Source of the DNA: a virus
IMG/VR virus record: IMGVR_UViG_3300047510_001256
Location: 64,001 to 128,000 of that record
Strand: one strand, 5' to 3'
DNA length: 64,000 nucleotides
The notes under the pieces were generated by a model. It ran no database searches, was not told the origin of the DNA, and was given only the letters and a program-made list of their open reading frames with translations. This document shows, piece after piece, positions 35,857-44,682 of the stretch (positions are counted from its first letter, which is position 1; every line of letters starts with the position of its first letter). A program made the translations under genes and the position numbers.

Positions 35857-37025
35857 AATTTGAAACCAGCAAATGTATCTTTCTTGATATCCTGCTTAAT
35901 ACCACCGATAACATAACTTTCTACCTCTGTTTCTTGTGGGGCAACTTGAACTTGTCCTGAATTAAACCAATGTTCTGTCCATGGAAGTGGATTGTTCTTA
36001 GCAGAAATATCATAGATGGGTTTCAAACCAATTGCTTTCATGCGACGATTAGCAGTCCATTGAACATATTGCTGGAGCAGTTTAGAATTAAGACCAATCA
36101 TAGATCCATCTTTGAACAGGTAATCCGCCCATGCTTCCTCCTCAGCAACACAATCTTTGAACATCTGAATAACATTCTCTTCTTCTTCATCCGCAATCTT
36201 AACCATATCAGGATCATCACCAGCTAACCATTTGTTGATAACCTTTTGTGTGATGGTCATGTGCTGTGCTTCATCTCGGGCAATAAGTTTGATGATCTTC
36301 GCATTACCTTCCATCTTCTGACGTTCAGCAAAAGCAAAAGAGCAAGCAAATGAAACATAAAAACGAATTGCCTCTAGAATATAAACGTTTACCATAGCGC
36401 GATAGAGTTTGCGCTTGACCTCATACAACTCACTAGTTGCTGCTGGGACACCCTCTAAGGCGTGTTGCCATTGATTACCTGCGCCCCACTGCTGAGCTGC
36501 CTGAACAAAGTCATCGTATGCTCCAGTGACGCTCTGGGCACGTTCTAGGATCTTCTCATCAGTCAGGATGTGATCAAAGACATCAGAAGGATCTGAATAT
36601 ACATTCTTGATGATGTATGTGTAGGAGCGACTATGAATCATTTCCATAGTCTGCCAGATATTCATGGCAGATTCTAGTTCTGGAATAGAGCAGTAAGGAA
36701 TAAATGCCATGCCAGGTGCTCTACCCTGAAGAGAATCAAGCATGATCTGATACTTCAGATTAGAAGTAAAGATGTGCCTCTCAGTATCAGTTAGTTGCTG
36801 ATAGTCAGCACGATCCTTGTTAAGCGATACCTCTTGAGGACGCCAGAAGAGTGACAACTGCTTGTCTGTTAACTTATCAAAGTCAGCATACCTAAAATTA
36901 TCGTATCTCTGAAGACCCTGTGGAGCACCAAAGAACATAGGTTGCTTGGTGGTATCCACAGAGTTGGTATTAAGAACTGTCATACCTTTAATGTCTTCGT
37001 TGAGTTTAAATTTTACAGCTGTCAC
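35853..37025 (-). CDS. nrdB: Ribonucleotide reductase class Ia beta subunit
   Basis: FWRPQEV, EMIHSRSY, LEAIRFYVSFAC, RDEAQH, VAPQETE. Confidence 0.97.
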   Translation of the reverse strand: MTAVKFKLNEDIKGMTVLNTNSVDTTKQPMFFGAPQGLQRYDNFRYADFDKLTDKQLSLFWRPQEVSLNKDRADYQQLTDTERHIFTSNLKYQIMLDSLQGRAPGMAFIPYCSIPELESAMNIWQTMEMIHSRSYTYIIKNVYSDPSDVFDHILTDEKILERAQSVTGAYDDFVQAAQQWGAGNQWQHALEGVPAATSELYEVKRKLYRAMVNVYILEAIRFYVSFACSFAFAERQKMEGNAKIIKLIARDEAQHMTITQKVINKWLAGDDPDMVKIADEEEENVIQMFKDCVAEEEAWADYLFKDGSMIGLNSKLLQQYVQWTANRRMKAIGLKPIYDISAKNNPLPWTEHWFNSGQVQVAPQETEVESYVIGGIKQDIKKDTFAGFKL

Positions 37026-39312
37026 AATCTTCCTCCTGTGAATTTAGAATTTCGTTTAACATATCTTCTATGCTTGTTAGTTGTTCCTTATCGTGATCAT
37101 CCTTTTCCTTTTGGAGATCATTTGTATTCTGGTAGTAAGATGTTTTCCAACCATACTTATAAGTTGTTAGGAAATCATTTGCCATCACTGAAGTAGGAAC
37201 TTCATTATCCGGATAATGCTCCGGATTATAGGACCAGTTTCCAGAAATCGCTTGATCAAAGAATTTTTGGATAACAGCGACAATATTAATATACCCAGAA
37301 TTGCTAGGCATATCCCAAAGGAGCGTATAGTTATTCTTAAGAGTTTGATACTGAGGGACAATCTGCTTGAGTGGACCCTTCTTTGATTTCTTAACGGACA
37401 AGTAACCGCGAGGTGGTTCAATTCCATTTGTTGCGTTTGACACAACGGAACTGCTTTCCGATGGCATTTGTGCGGACAATGTTGAGTGCCTGATACCGTG
37501 AGCCAAGATGGATGTTCTAAGACTTTCCCAATCATATGAATACTCCGGTGCTACCAATTCATCAACATCTCTCTTGTATGTATCAATCGGAAGAATGCCA
37601 TCAGCATACTTAGTTCTAGAGAATCCTTCACATGCTCCTTTCTCAATTGCGATTTGATTAGAAGCCTTGAGTAGATAATACTGGAATGCCTCAGTCAGTT
37701 TGTGAACTTCAGTGAGAGCATTGTCATCATCATACTTGTAACCACACTTTGCCAGGTAGTGAGCTAGACCAATATAACCAACGCCAAGAGAACGACGGAA
37801 CTTAGTGCTGCGCTCTGCTGCCTTAACTGGATAGTTTTGATAATCAATCAGTTCTTCCAGACCGCGAACAGACAGATCACAGAGTTCTTCCAGATCATCT
37901 AGATGCTTCAGTTTACCAACATTCACAGCAGAGAGAATACACAGAGCAATCTCACCATCGGGATCGTCAATGTGTTGAATAGGATCTGTAGGAAGAGTGA
38001 TCTCCTGACAAAGATTACTCATGTAAACTTTATCTTTGAATGAAGAGTGAGAGTTACAATGGTCAATGTTCATGATATAAACACGACCAGTCTCAGCACG
38101 TTCTTTGAGAAGATCTAGAATCAGTTCCTGTGCCCGAACAGTCTTTCTTGGAAGAGACTGATCTCGTTCATAAGACTCATACAAATCGTCAAATCTATCA
38201 GTGCCAAAAGCATCATACAAACGAGGAACGTCATGTGGACTGAAGAGAGAAATCTCTCTATCTTGGATGAAACGTTCATAGAAGAGTTTAGAGATCTGGA
38301 TACTATAATCTAGCTTACGAACTCTGTTATCTTCAGTTCCCTTATTATTTTTTAACACAAGGATATCTTCTATCTCTTGGTGCCAGATTGGAAAGTGGAC
38401 AGTAGCACTTCCACCACGAATCCCGTTTTGTGTACAGCATCTGACAGTTGACTCAAACTTTTTGAGGAATGGGATAACGCCTGTATGAGCAACTTCTCCG
38501 CCCCTGATCTTACTGTTGATGCCACGAATTCTGCCTGCGTTGATGCCGATGCCCGCCCTTTGAGCAACATAGCGACCAATAGCCATGTCGCTGCTGAAGA
38601 TGCTATCAAGGGTGTCATCAGAATCAACCAACACACAACTAGCGAATTGTCGCAGAGGCGTCCTAACTCCTGCCATGATTGGCGTAGGAATGTTGATCTT
38701 GTGCTTGCTGATTGCGTCGTAGTATTTTTTGACATAGTACAAACGTGATTCTGGTGGGTAGTTTGCGAACAATGTGGTAGCAATCAGAATGTACATATAC
38801 TGGGGAGTCTCATAGAGAGACCCAGCACTACGATCTTGAACAAGATACTTATCAACAACCTGCCTTAGTCCAGCATAGGTGAATAGTAGATCCCTATCAT
38901 GATGAACATAAGAATCAATCTTGTCCCATTCTTCCATAGAATATTTACCAAGAAGTTCCCCGTCATAAATGCCTAGGGATACACCGCCAACAAGATGATC
39001 ATGAACATTGGGGAATCCTACTTTCCAACCAGATCCAAAGACCTGCTTATATAGGCCGTACAACAAAAGACGAGCAGCAACAAACTGGTAGTTTGGATTA
39101 TCAAGGCTGATAAGGTCACTAGCTGACCGAACCAAGATTTCTTGGATTTCATTTGTAGTAATACCATCATAAAATTGAATACCTGAATTCATCTCAACTT
39201 CGGAAGATGAGACGCCAGACAAACCATCACAAGCAGACTCAACCATCTTGTGAATCTTTTCAATATCCAGTTGTTCTACATTACTACTACGCTTCTTTAC
39301 AGAAATGCTCAT
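37006..39312 (-). CDS. nrdA: Ribonucleotide reductase class Ia alpha subunit
   Basis: ATP cone, QFASC, SNLCQEI, C-terminal CDSCKI; no intein or intron visible. Confidence 0.98.
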   Translation of the reverse strand: MSISVKKRSSNVEQLDIEKIHKMVESACDGLSGVSSSEVEMNSGIQFYDGITTNEIQEILVRSASDLISLDNPNYQFVAARLLLYGLYKQVFGSGWKVGFPNVHDHLVGGVSLGIYDGELLGKYSMEEWDKIDSYVHHDRDLLFTYAGLRQVVDKYLVQDRSAGSLYETPQYMYILIATTLFANYPPESRLYYVKKYYDAISKHKINIPTPIMAGVRTPLRQFASCVLVDSDDTLDSIFSSDMAIGRYVAQRAGIGINAGRIRGINSKIRGGEVAHTGVIPFLKKFESTVRCCTQNGIRGGSATVHFPIWHQEIEDILVLKNNKGTEDNRVRKLDYSIQISKLFYERFIQDREISLFSPHDVPRLYDAFGTDRFDDLYESYERDQSLPRKTVRAQELILDLLKERAETGRVYIMNIDHCNSHSSFKDKVYMSNLCQEITLPTDPIQHIDDPDGEIALCILSAVNVGKLKHLDDLEELCDLSVRGLEELIDYQNYPVKAAERSTKFRRSLGVGYIGLAHYLAKCGYKYDDDNALTEVHKLTEAFQYYLLKASNQIAIEKGACEGFSRTKYADGILPIDTYKRDVDELVAPEYSYDWESLRTSILAHGIRHSTLSAQMPSESSSVVSNATNGIEPPRGYLSVKKSKKGPLKQIVPQYQTLKNNYTLLWDMPSNSGYINIVAVIQKFFDQAISGNWSYNPEHYPDNEVPTSVMANDFLTTYKYGWKTSYYQNTNDLQKEKDDHDKEQLTSIEDMLNEILNSQEEDCDSCKI

Positions 39313-40301
39313 ACTTTTTTCCATGCGTTAAAACGAATTTGTGCTTCTAGTCCTTTGTAGGTATTTGATTCTACCACAGACTGAACGTTATGTCCAGCCA
39401 TCACCATGTCATTAATATCCTTCTCGGTGATTGAAGAAGGCCAGATGACTACCGGATCTCCGTGCTGTATGGTTTTAGCAATCTTAGCACAGATCTCTCT
39501 GTTGCGTGGTTCGTTGTCGTATACGAAGACGAACTGACAATTATAATTGCTAAGTTCAACATCGCTACCACACATAGCAATGCTGTTTCCAATGAAGGTG
39601 GAATCAAACGGACCTTCTGTGACATATACTAATTCCTCTTTGTTTACTTTATCAAGACCATAAACCTTGGGTTTACTCTCATCAAGAATGATTGTAATGT
39701 ATCTCATCTTTGCTTTAGGAGCAAGAGATCTACCTTGATATCCAAAGAGTTTACCTGTTTCGTCCCTAAGAGGAATTATAATACGTGGACTATCCTGTTT
39801 AAGATTATCAAATGATTTCTTAATGGTGTTGGTCCATTGTTTGAATTTGGGACAATAGTAGAAACTATCTAAATCTTTAATTTGTCTGTTTGTGAGGTAT
39901 TCCCTTGCGGGATGTGTTGTATTTAGTTCTGAAATTTTCTCTAGATCAATATCAACTTGTGTTGATTTGAAGATTGGTGTATCAAAGTCTAGATCATTGA
40001 TGGTTGACTTTCGCTTAGGTTTAGTTGTATTGCTTTTATACTTCTCCATGATGTATTCATCATGAAGCATCTGATTATTATCTTTGAGAAAGTTAGCAAG
40101 ATTCCTACCGGCACCACAATTGTGGCACTTAAAGATCATCTCATTCTGAATGCGAAAGAAGTATCCCCGTGCTTTATCTTGACGCTTCTTACTATCGCCA
40201 CAGTAAGGACAACGAAAGTTATACAGATTGGTCTTCTTCTTTGAAAAATTTTGGAGTTGCGGAGAAACTAATTGTATATACTTAACATCAAGATAACTCA
40301 T
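39309..40301 (-). CDS. gp61: DNA primase (T4 gp61)
   Basis: CPYCGDS...CHNC zinc finger; TOPRIM EGPFDS and YDNE. Confidence 0.95.
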   Translation of the reverse strand: MSYLDVKYIQLVSPQLQNFSKKKTNLYNFRCPYCGDSKKRQDKARGYFFRIQNEMIFKCHNCGAGRNLANFLKDNNQMLHDEYIMEKYKSNTTKPKRKSTINDLDFDTPIFKSTQVDIDLEKISELNTTHPAREYLTNRQIKDLDSFYYCPKFKQWTNTIKKSFDNLKQDSPRIIIPLRDETGKLFGYQGRSLAPKAKMRYITIILDESKPKVYGLDKVNKEELVYVTEGPFDSTFIGNSIAMCGSDVELSNYNCQFVFVYDNEPRNREICAKIAKTIQHGDPVVIWPSSITEKDINDMVMAGHNVQSVVESNTYKGLEAQIRFNAWKKV

Positions 40302-40726
40302 CTAGCATGGGGGGTCGTCGTCTCTCTATTATAGTGACTCTCCATCATGTTGTCAACAAAGGTTGGGACAATTGCTGAAGCGGCCCCAATGACCAACACA
40401 GCAAGGGATCCTATGGTAACTGCCTGCCATCTGAATTTCAATAGATCATCAATTGTTTTTTCAACAGATTCTAATCTACCAATGACTTGATTATGTTCTC
40501 TTGAATTTTGATGCTTAACATCTTCAATCATTTTAACAATGAGTTCATCTGTTCTCACACTTTGTTCTAATTTTTCATCATGTTTGGTTAGTATAGTGGC
40601 AATCTTATTATTAGATTCACCTATCTTGTCCACTGCTGCTTCTAGTTTATCTATCATCTGCTTTGATAAATCTTCGTAGATCTCAAACTTAGATGACAAA
40701 ACTTCTAACTTTGCTTTTCCAAACAT
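40298..40726 (-). CDS. Conserved coiled-coil protein with C-terminal TM
   Basis: Heptad pattern followed by a hydrophobic helix. Confidence 0.8.
   Translation of the reverse strand: MFGKAKLEVLSSKFEIYEDLSKQMIDKLEAAVDKIGESNNKIATILTKHDEKLEQSVRTDELIVKMIEDVKHQNSREHNQVIGRLESVEKTIDDLLKFRWQAVTIGSLAVLVIGAASAIVPTFVDNMMESHYNRETTTPHAR
40328..40356 (-). promoter_or_regulatory. Consensus sigma70 promoter for primase-nrdA-nrdB, inside the upstream gene
   Basis: TTGACA-17-TATAAT perfect match. Confidence 0.9.
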
Positions 40727-40743
40727 GTCTCCTAGTTGTTTTA

Positions 40744-41433
40744 CTAAACGTTACGGATAGCAAAGTCAAGAGCACTTTGATATGACGAAGCGTTCTTGTT
40801 GAGCATATAACGGAAGGCATGTTGATTGTCGCCTTCTAGTCCAGCATATGCTGCGGCAATTTTTCTAGCAGAGAATTGATCCAGGTTCTGAACTCCTCCG
40901 TCAGCAAACTGAATCTTTGCGTATGATGTTTCTGATGTGTTTGTTGGTTTGGTTGCTACATCAACAGCAGCATCAAGAACATCGTTATATTCTAGAATCA
41001 TATTAGTAGTCATTTCAACTTCCTCTTTTTTGAGTTTTTGTGTTTGCGAAGACGCCTTCTTTTTGAAGTCTTGAAGTCTCGCCTTCATCAAGGTATCCAT
41101 TTCTTTTGTCTTATTAATCATTTTCTTTTTCGCTTCATCCTTCTTTTTCTGAAGATCCTTCTGGCGATTGAGCTTCTTCATCTGCCCAATCTGCTTCTGA
41201 GCTCTCTCAGTTTCTGATGGGACTGCTTCGGAAATAATAGTTCCTTCTACTTGCTCTTTCATTTTTTTACGTTGAATGCGTGATAGTAAAGTTTTTGCGC
41301 CTTTAGATCTTCCATCAACAAAGTCTTTTTTATTATTATTTTTCCACGTTCTATGTTTACGTGGATTCACAATAACTAAAGAGGGGGGAATCTCCATACC
41401 TTTAATACCAGGAGAACTAGCATTGTTAATCAT
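40744..41433 (-). CDS. Conserved cyanophage hypothetical protein (Lys-rich)
   Basis: 229 aa; VDGRSK motif; coupled to upstream gene. Confidence 0.8.
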   Translation of the reverse strand: MINNASSPGIKGMEIPPSLVIVNPRKHRTWKNNNKKDFVDGRSKGAKTLLSRIQRKKMKEQVEGTIISEAVPSETERAQKQIGQMKKLNRQKDLQKKKDEAKKKMINKTKEMDTLMKARLQDFKKKASSQTQKLKKEEVEMTTNMILEYNDVLDAAVDVATKPTNTSETSYAKIQFADGGVQNLDQFSARKIAAAYAGLEGDNQHAFRYMLNKNASSYQSALDFAIRNV

Positions 41434-41786
41434 ATGAGATTTAACTCCTCAAGACAACGTTGATCTACTTCATTATTTAGTGATTCAGGTAATCTATCTA
41501 AGAAGCGCATGAACGCTTTTAACATAGACCAATATTGTTTTTCAACTTTATAAAATAACAATGGTGTGGCAGCATCATCAAATACATTATACATGACGAT
41601 GATGTGATTTAGAATTAAATGTGTCTTCAGTTCGCCTGTTGTTTCAAAGCGTTTGAAGAGGCGCTTAATGTATTTGATACGATTAAGATCCTCTTCAAAG
41701 TCTTCTTTTGTTACTGCCGTGGGATTGTAGTAATGTTTAATAGCGAACATCTCCCAGTTGTCTGGGTTCAATTCATGAAAGTTCAT
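41430..41786 (-). CDS. Conserved T4-like hypothetical protein
   Basis: FAIKHYYNP...EEDLNRIKYIKRL...LILNHII. Confidence 0.85.
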   Translation of the reverse strand: MNFHELNPDNWEMFAIKHYYNPTAVTKEDFEEDLNRIKYIKRLFKRFETTGELKTHLILNHIIVMYNVFDDAATPLLFYKVEKQYWSMLKAFMRFLDRLPESLNNEVDQRCLEELNLI

Positions 41787-41790
41787 TTAA

Positions 41791-42510
41791 TTATGGTGTT
41801 ACGTCAACAAGTTTTAATGTAGCAGCATTGGAAGTAACTTCTTCAGCACCATTGTTTGAAGCAACCTTAACTCTATACTGATAGTTATTCAGGTCAAGAT
41901 CTGTCAGTGCTCCAGCAACAACAGTAAGTGTTGCTGTTGTGAATCCAGTATAAGCACTTGAATCAAGTGTTGAAGTAATGTTAACCCAACGTGTCTGATC
42001 TGCTGCCTTACGCTGCCACTGATACTCTAGAGTTCCACCTTCGGTAACTGCTGCTGTCACAGCAAATGTTCTCAGAACAGATGGAACTTCAATATCTGAT
42101 GTTCCGTTACCAACGTTAACTGGTTGAGCAGAAATACTGATAACTGGCATTGGAGCATCAGCAGCAATATCATCATCAGCATCACCAGTGTTAGCAGGTG
42201 CTGATCCCATTGAAACCAACTGCTGTGCCTTGTGGCGTGTCTCGCCAGCAGCATCTGTATATGTCATATACTCCCACCAACCAGGGGAGTTCAGACCTCT
42301 AGAAGTGTTTGCTTCAAGAGTTGCTTCAGACTCGTCAACAAATACAACTCTACGAGCAGCAGTAGCATAACCCTGTGCTCCAGTGACTACACTATCACCA
42401 TCGGTGATTAAAGTATTGTCGTGGTCATACTTATCTACAGAGTTTTTTTCTGTAGTGCTAAGAACTTTTAAACTTTGTGCGTCTGTTTCAGCACGGCTAT
42501 ACAGAGACAT
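41791..42510 (-). CDS. Virion structural protein with Ig-like domain
   Basis: ISISAQP...YQWQ...YQYRV...TSNAATL I-set pattern; late promoter TATAAATA at 42539-42546. Confidence 0.82.
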   Translation of the reverse strand: MSLYSRAETDAQSLKVLSTTEKNSVDKYDHDNTLITDGDSVVTGAQGYATAARRVVFVDESEATLEANTSRGLNSPGWWEYMTYTDAAGETRHKAQQLVSMGSAPANTGDADDDIAADAPMPVISISAQPVNVGNGTSDIEVPSVLRTFAVTAAVTEGGTLEYQWQRKAADQTRWVNITSTLDSSAYTGFTTATLTVVAGALTDLDLNNYQYRVKVASNNGAEEVTSNAATLKLVDVTP

Positions 42511-42538
42511 TTACGATACTCCAGCGTTTCCTAAAATA

Positions 42539-42571
42539 TATTTATAAAAAAAAGAGGAACCGAAGTTCCTC
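42539..42571 (-). terminator. UUCG-tetraloop terminator abutting a late promoter
   Basis: GAGGAAC-TTCG-GTTCCTC-T8, with the T tail running into TATAAATA. Confidence 0.9.
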
Positions 42572-42722
42572 ATTTAACTAACATCTTTTTCAAGAAGTTT
42601 GTGGTAAAATCTATTACCGTATTTTCTTTGAATCTTTTTGTCTTTCCAAGATACTCAGAAAAACTGAGGAGCAGTGCCAATACAACACTCACTCCCCAAT
42701 TTGCTAACAAACATTCTATCAT
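42570..42722 (-). CDS. 50-aa membrane protein, possible holin-like (not in ORF track)
   Basis: MIECLLANWGVSVVLALLLSFSEYLGKTKRFKENTVIDF...; ATGA-coupled. Confidence 0.65.
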   Translation of the reverse strand: MIECLLANWGVSVVLALLLSFSEYLGKTKRFKENTVIDFTTNFLKKMLVK

Positions 42723-42892
42723 GCTTGTGGTTTGAACAGAAGTTCCTTAACAGTTTCTAGAATTGTATTATCAATGCTATTGTCAGTAGTTGAGACATAC
42801 TTCTCAAGAAGAGAAATAACGAGATTCTTAACTGCTTCTGATGTTGCGAGTTTGAGTAAAAATGGTTTTACTAATGCTACGAATGCGTCCAT
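42719..42892 (-). CDS. Small conserved hypothetical protein
   Basis: GGAG SD; ...STTDNSIDN...; late-like GATAAATA at 42920-42927. Confidence 0.75.
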   Translation of the reverse strand: MDAFVALVKPFLLKLATSEAVKNLVISLLEKYVSTTDNSIDNTILETVKELLFKPQA

Positions 42893-42918
42893 GATGTTCT
42901 CCATAAGAGTCGGGATAA

Positions 42919-43173
42919 TTATTTATCCTTTTTATTCTTTGCTTTCCAAGCAGTAGCATATGCGATTGACTTTTCCTTGTCGGATAGTCCATCCTTAGAG
43001 TAACCTTTCTTAATATGCTTCACCATTCTTTCATACTTTTTGCCGGGAGGTGCCTTCTCTTCAATAGGTTCTACTTCTTCTTTCTTAACAGATGCCTGCT
43101 TGATATACTTTTTGTGATCAGATGATGACTTTTTATATTCCGCAGAATTTTCGTTTGGAATATTAGGCATCAC
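42919..43173 (-). CDS. Basic module, probably the C-terminal part of a -1 frameshift fusion with 43179..43901
   Basis: KAPPGKKYERMVKHIKK...IAYATAWK; in the -1 frame and open from the slippery site. Confidence 0.75.
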   Translation of the reverse strand: MMPNIPNENSAEYKKSSSDHKKYIKQASVKKEEVEPIEEKAPPGKKYERMVKHIKKGYSKDGLSDKEKSIAYATAWKAKNKKDK

Positions 43174-43178
43174 CTCAA

Positions 43179-43901
43179 CTACTTTTTTGCTTCTTCAATC
43201 TCCTGACGAAGTTCTGCTTCTTCCTTCATTGCCTTCTTCTTATTGATGACGGCACTTACTTTCTTACGACGGGCATGTAGATACTTGTCAGACTTGTCAT
43301 GATCACCATCGTTATCAATATCCTTATCTTCTTTACCTACAGGATCCATCTTCTCAGTGATGATCTCTTCAGCAAGAATTCTATCTGCGAAGTATTCAAC
43401 ATCCTCTTTCTTCATTGGAACGCACTTGTCCTTTCCATTCTCAGTGCCAGCATACTTATATCCTTTCCAGCAAGCCTTGCCGTCAGCACCTTTCTCTTTC
43501 TCAAGAACGAGAGTATAGTTATCAAACTCAATCTCATACATCTCTTTCTTCATCATCTTCTTCCAAGAAGACTTCTTATCCATCTTCTCTCCCTTCCCTT
43601 CCTTCTCACCCTTGCCATGCTCAGGACCGCAAGATTCATCCATCTTCTTCTCGCACTTAGAGCAACCCTTACCATGACAGGATTCACATTCTTTTTTGTA
43701 TCCCTCTGCTGTTACGCCAGGAGCAGACTCCATGCCAACATACTTGGTGGGTTTTTTAATTTCTTTCTTTTTGAGAGTAGTATTCTCAATCTCTGCGCCA
43801 TGAGATTGTGGATCCATTCCATCAAATACTTCTGCTACATCTACAGGTTTGCCAAGGAAACTTGACATAAGGGATTCAGTAAGAGCGTCTCTTTTTGCCA
43901 T
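43179..43901 (-). CDS. Highly charged late protein, putative head-internal/prohead-core-like
   Basis: K/E-rich; CWKGY and DIDNDGD modules; late promoter TATAAATA at 43928-43935; ends in A_AAA_AAG_TAG. Confidence 0.75.
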   Translation of the reverse strand: MAKRDALTESLMSSFLGKPVDVAEVFDGMDPQSHGAEIENTTLKKKEIKKPTKYVGMESAPGVTAEGYKKECESCHGKGCSKCEKKMDESCGPEHGKGEKEGKGEKMDKKSSWKKMMKKEMYEIEFDNYTLVLEKEKGADGKACWKGYKYAGTENGKDKCVPMKKEDVEYFADRILAEEIITEKMDPVGKEDKDIDNDGDHDKSDKYLHARRKKVSAVINKKKAMKEEAELRQEIEEAKK

Positions 43902-43930
43902 TGTATCTAAGTGTGTTCTTCGTTTATTAT

Positions 43931-44134
43931 TTATACTTCTCGGATATCTTTAACCCAAGCGCGGAACATCTCTCCCTCCTCAGTGACAGCAATCACATAG
44001 TTAACTCCACTACGATGGATTGTTCCCGTTTGACCAGTCGTATTAGACATGATCACATCTCCCTCCTGAAAGATACCTTTGTGTCTGTATCTCTGGTGAG
44101 TTGATTCCTGTCTTAGTTGTTTAAAATTTTTCAT
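43931..44134 (-). CDS. Small conserved protein (SH3/KOW-like)
   Basis: FQEGDVI...GTIHRSGVNYVI. Confidence 0.78.
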   Translation of the reverse strand: MKNFKQLRQESTHQRYRHKGIFQEGDVIMSNTTGQTGTIHRSGVNYVIAVTEEGEMFRAWVKDIREV

Positions 44135-44682
44135 TTCAATCCCATTCCTTCCCTTACAGCGTTGTATAACGATAAAGTATTTGCTTGTCCTAACGTTTTA
44201 GGAATACCTTTCCTAAAAGTAAGCAGATCCATTTCTTTTGCTGCTTCTCTCATCTTACTAGCAGACATACCAGTAGCACCAGGAGCATCAGGATCTCGTT
44301 CACCAGCAGATACAACTTCCAAGTGTCTATATGTATATTCAACACCATTATATCTACTAATTAAACTTTCATATTCCGGAACTCTATCAGATCCAGCAAT
44401 CAATGTCAAGTCTTCATATGTTCCTTGATATTTTTGAAGTAATTTTATGATAGTATTAATATCTTTATCATAGATGATATGGTCTTTATATTGTGGAAAC
44501 ATAAGATGCATATATTGGACCTTTAAATCTGATGGCAATGGATCCGTTGGTTTTTTCTGAGTGTGCGACGGGTAGATAAAGTAGTCATCCCTCTTAGCAA
44601 TTCTTGCTACCGCATCAATCAATTTTTCGTGACCGATTGTTGGAGGATTAAATCTACCCCAGGCAACTACTACTCTGCTCAT
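44131..44682 (-). CDS. HIGH-superfamily nucleotidyltransferase (phage 'cytidyltransferase')
   Basis: GRFNPPTIGH, GSDR, MSASKMR. Confidence 0.9.
   Translation of the reverse strand: MSRVVVAWGRFNPPTIGHEKLIDAVARIAKRDDYFIYPSHTQKKPTDPLPSDLKVQYMHLMFPQYKDHIIYDKDINTIIKLLQKYQGTYEDLTLIAGSDRVPEYESLISRYNGVEYTYRHLEVVSAGERDPDAPGATGMSASKMREAAKEMDLLTFRKGIPKTLGQANTLSLYNAVREGMGLK

Noticed and set aside
35723-35914. ORF ending IPDPWFN and a possible G_AAA_AAG shift after nrdB
   Set aside because: Non-canonical heptamer and no clear stimulator; cannot decide which frame is real
39309-39324. A-run at the primase/nrdA junction as a third frameshift site
   Set aside because: Phase is TGG AAA AAA GTA TGA, not A_AAA_AAG; ordinary ATGA translational coupling explains it
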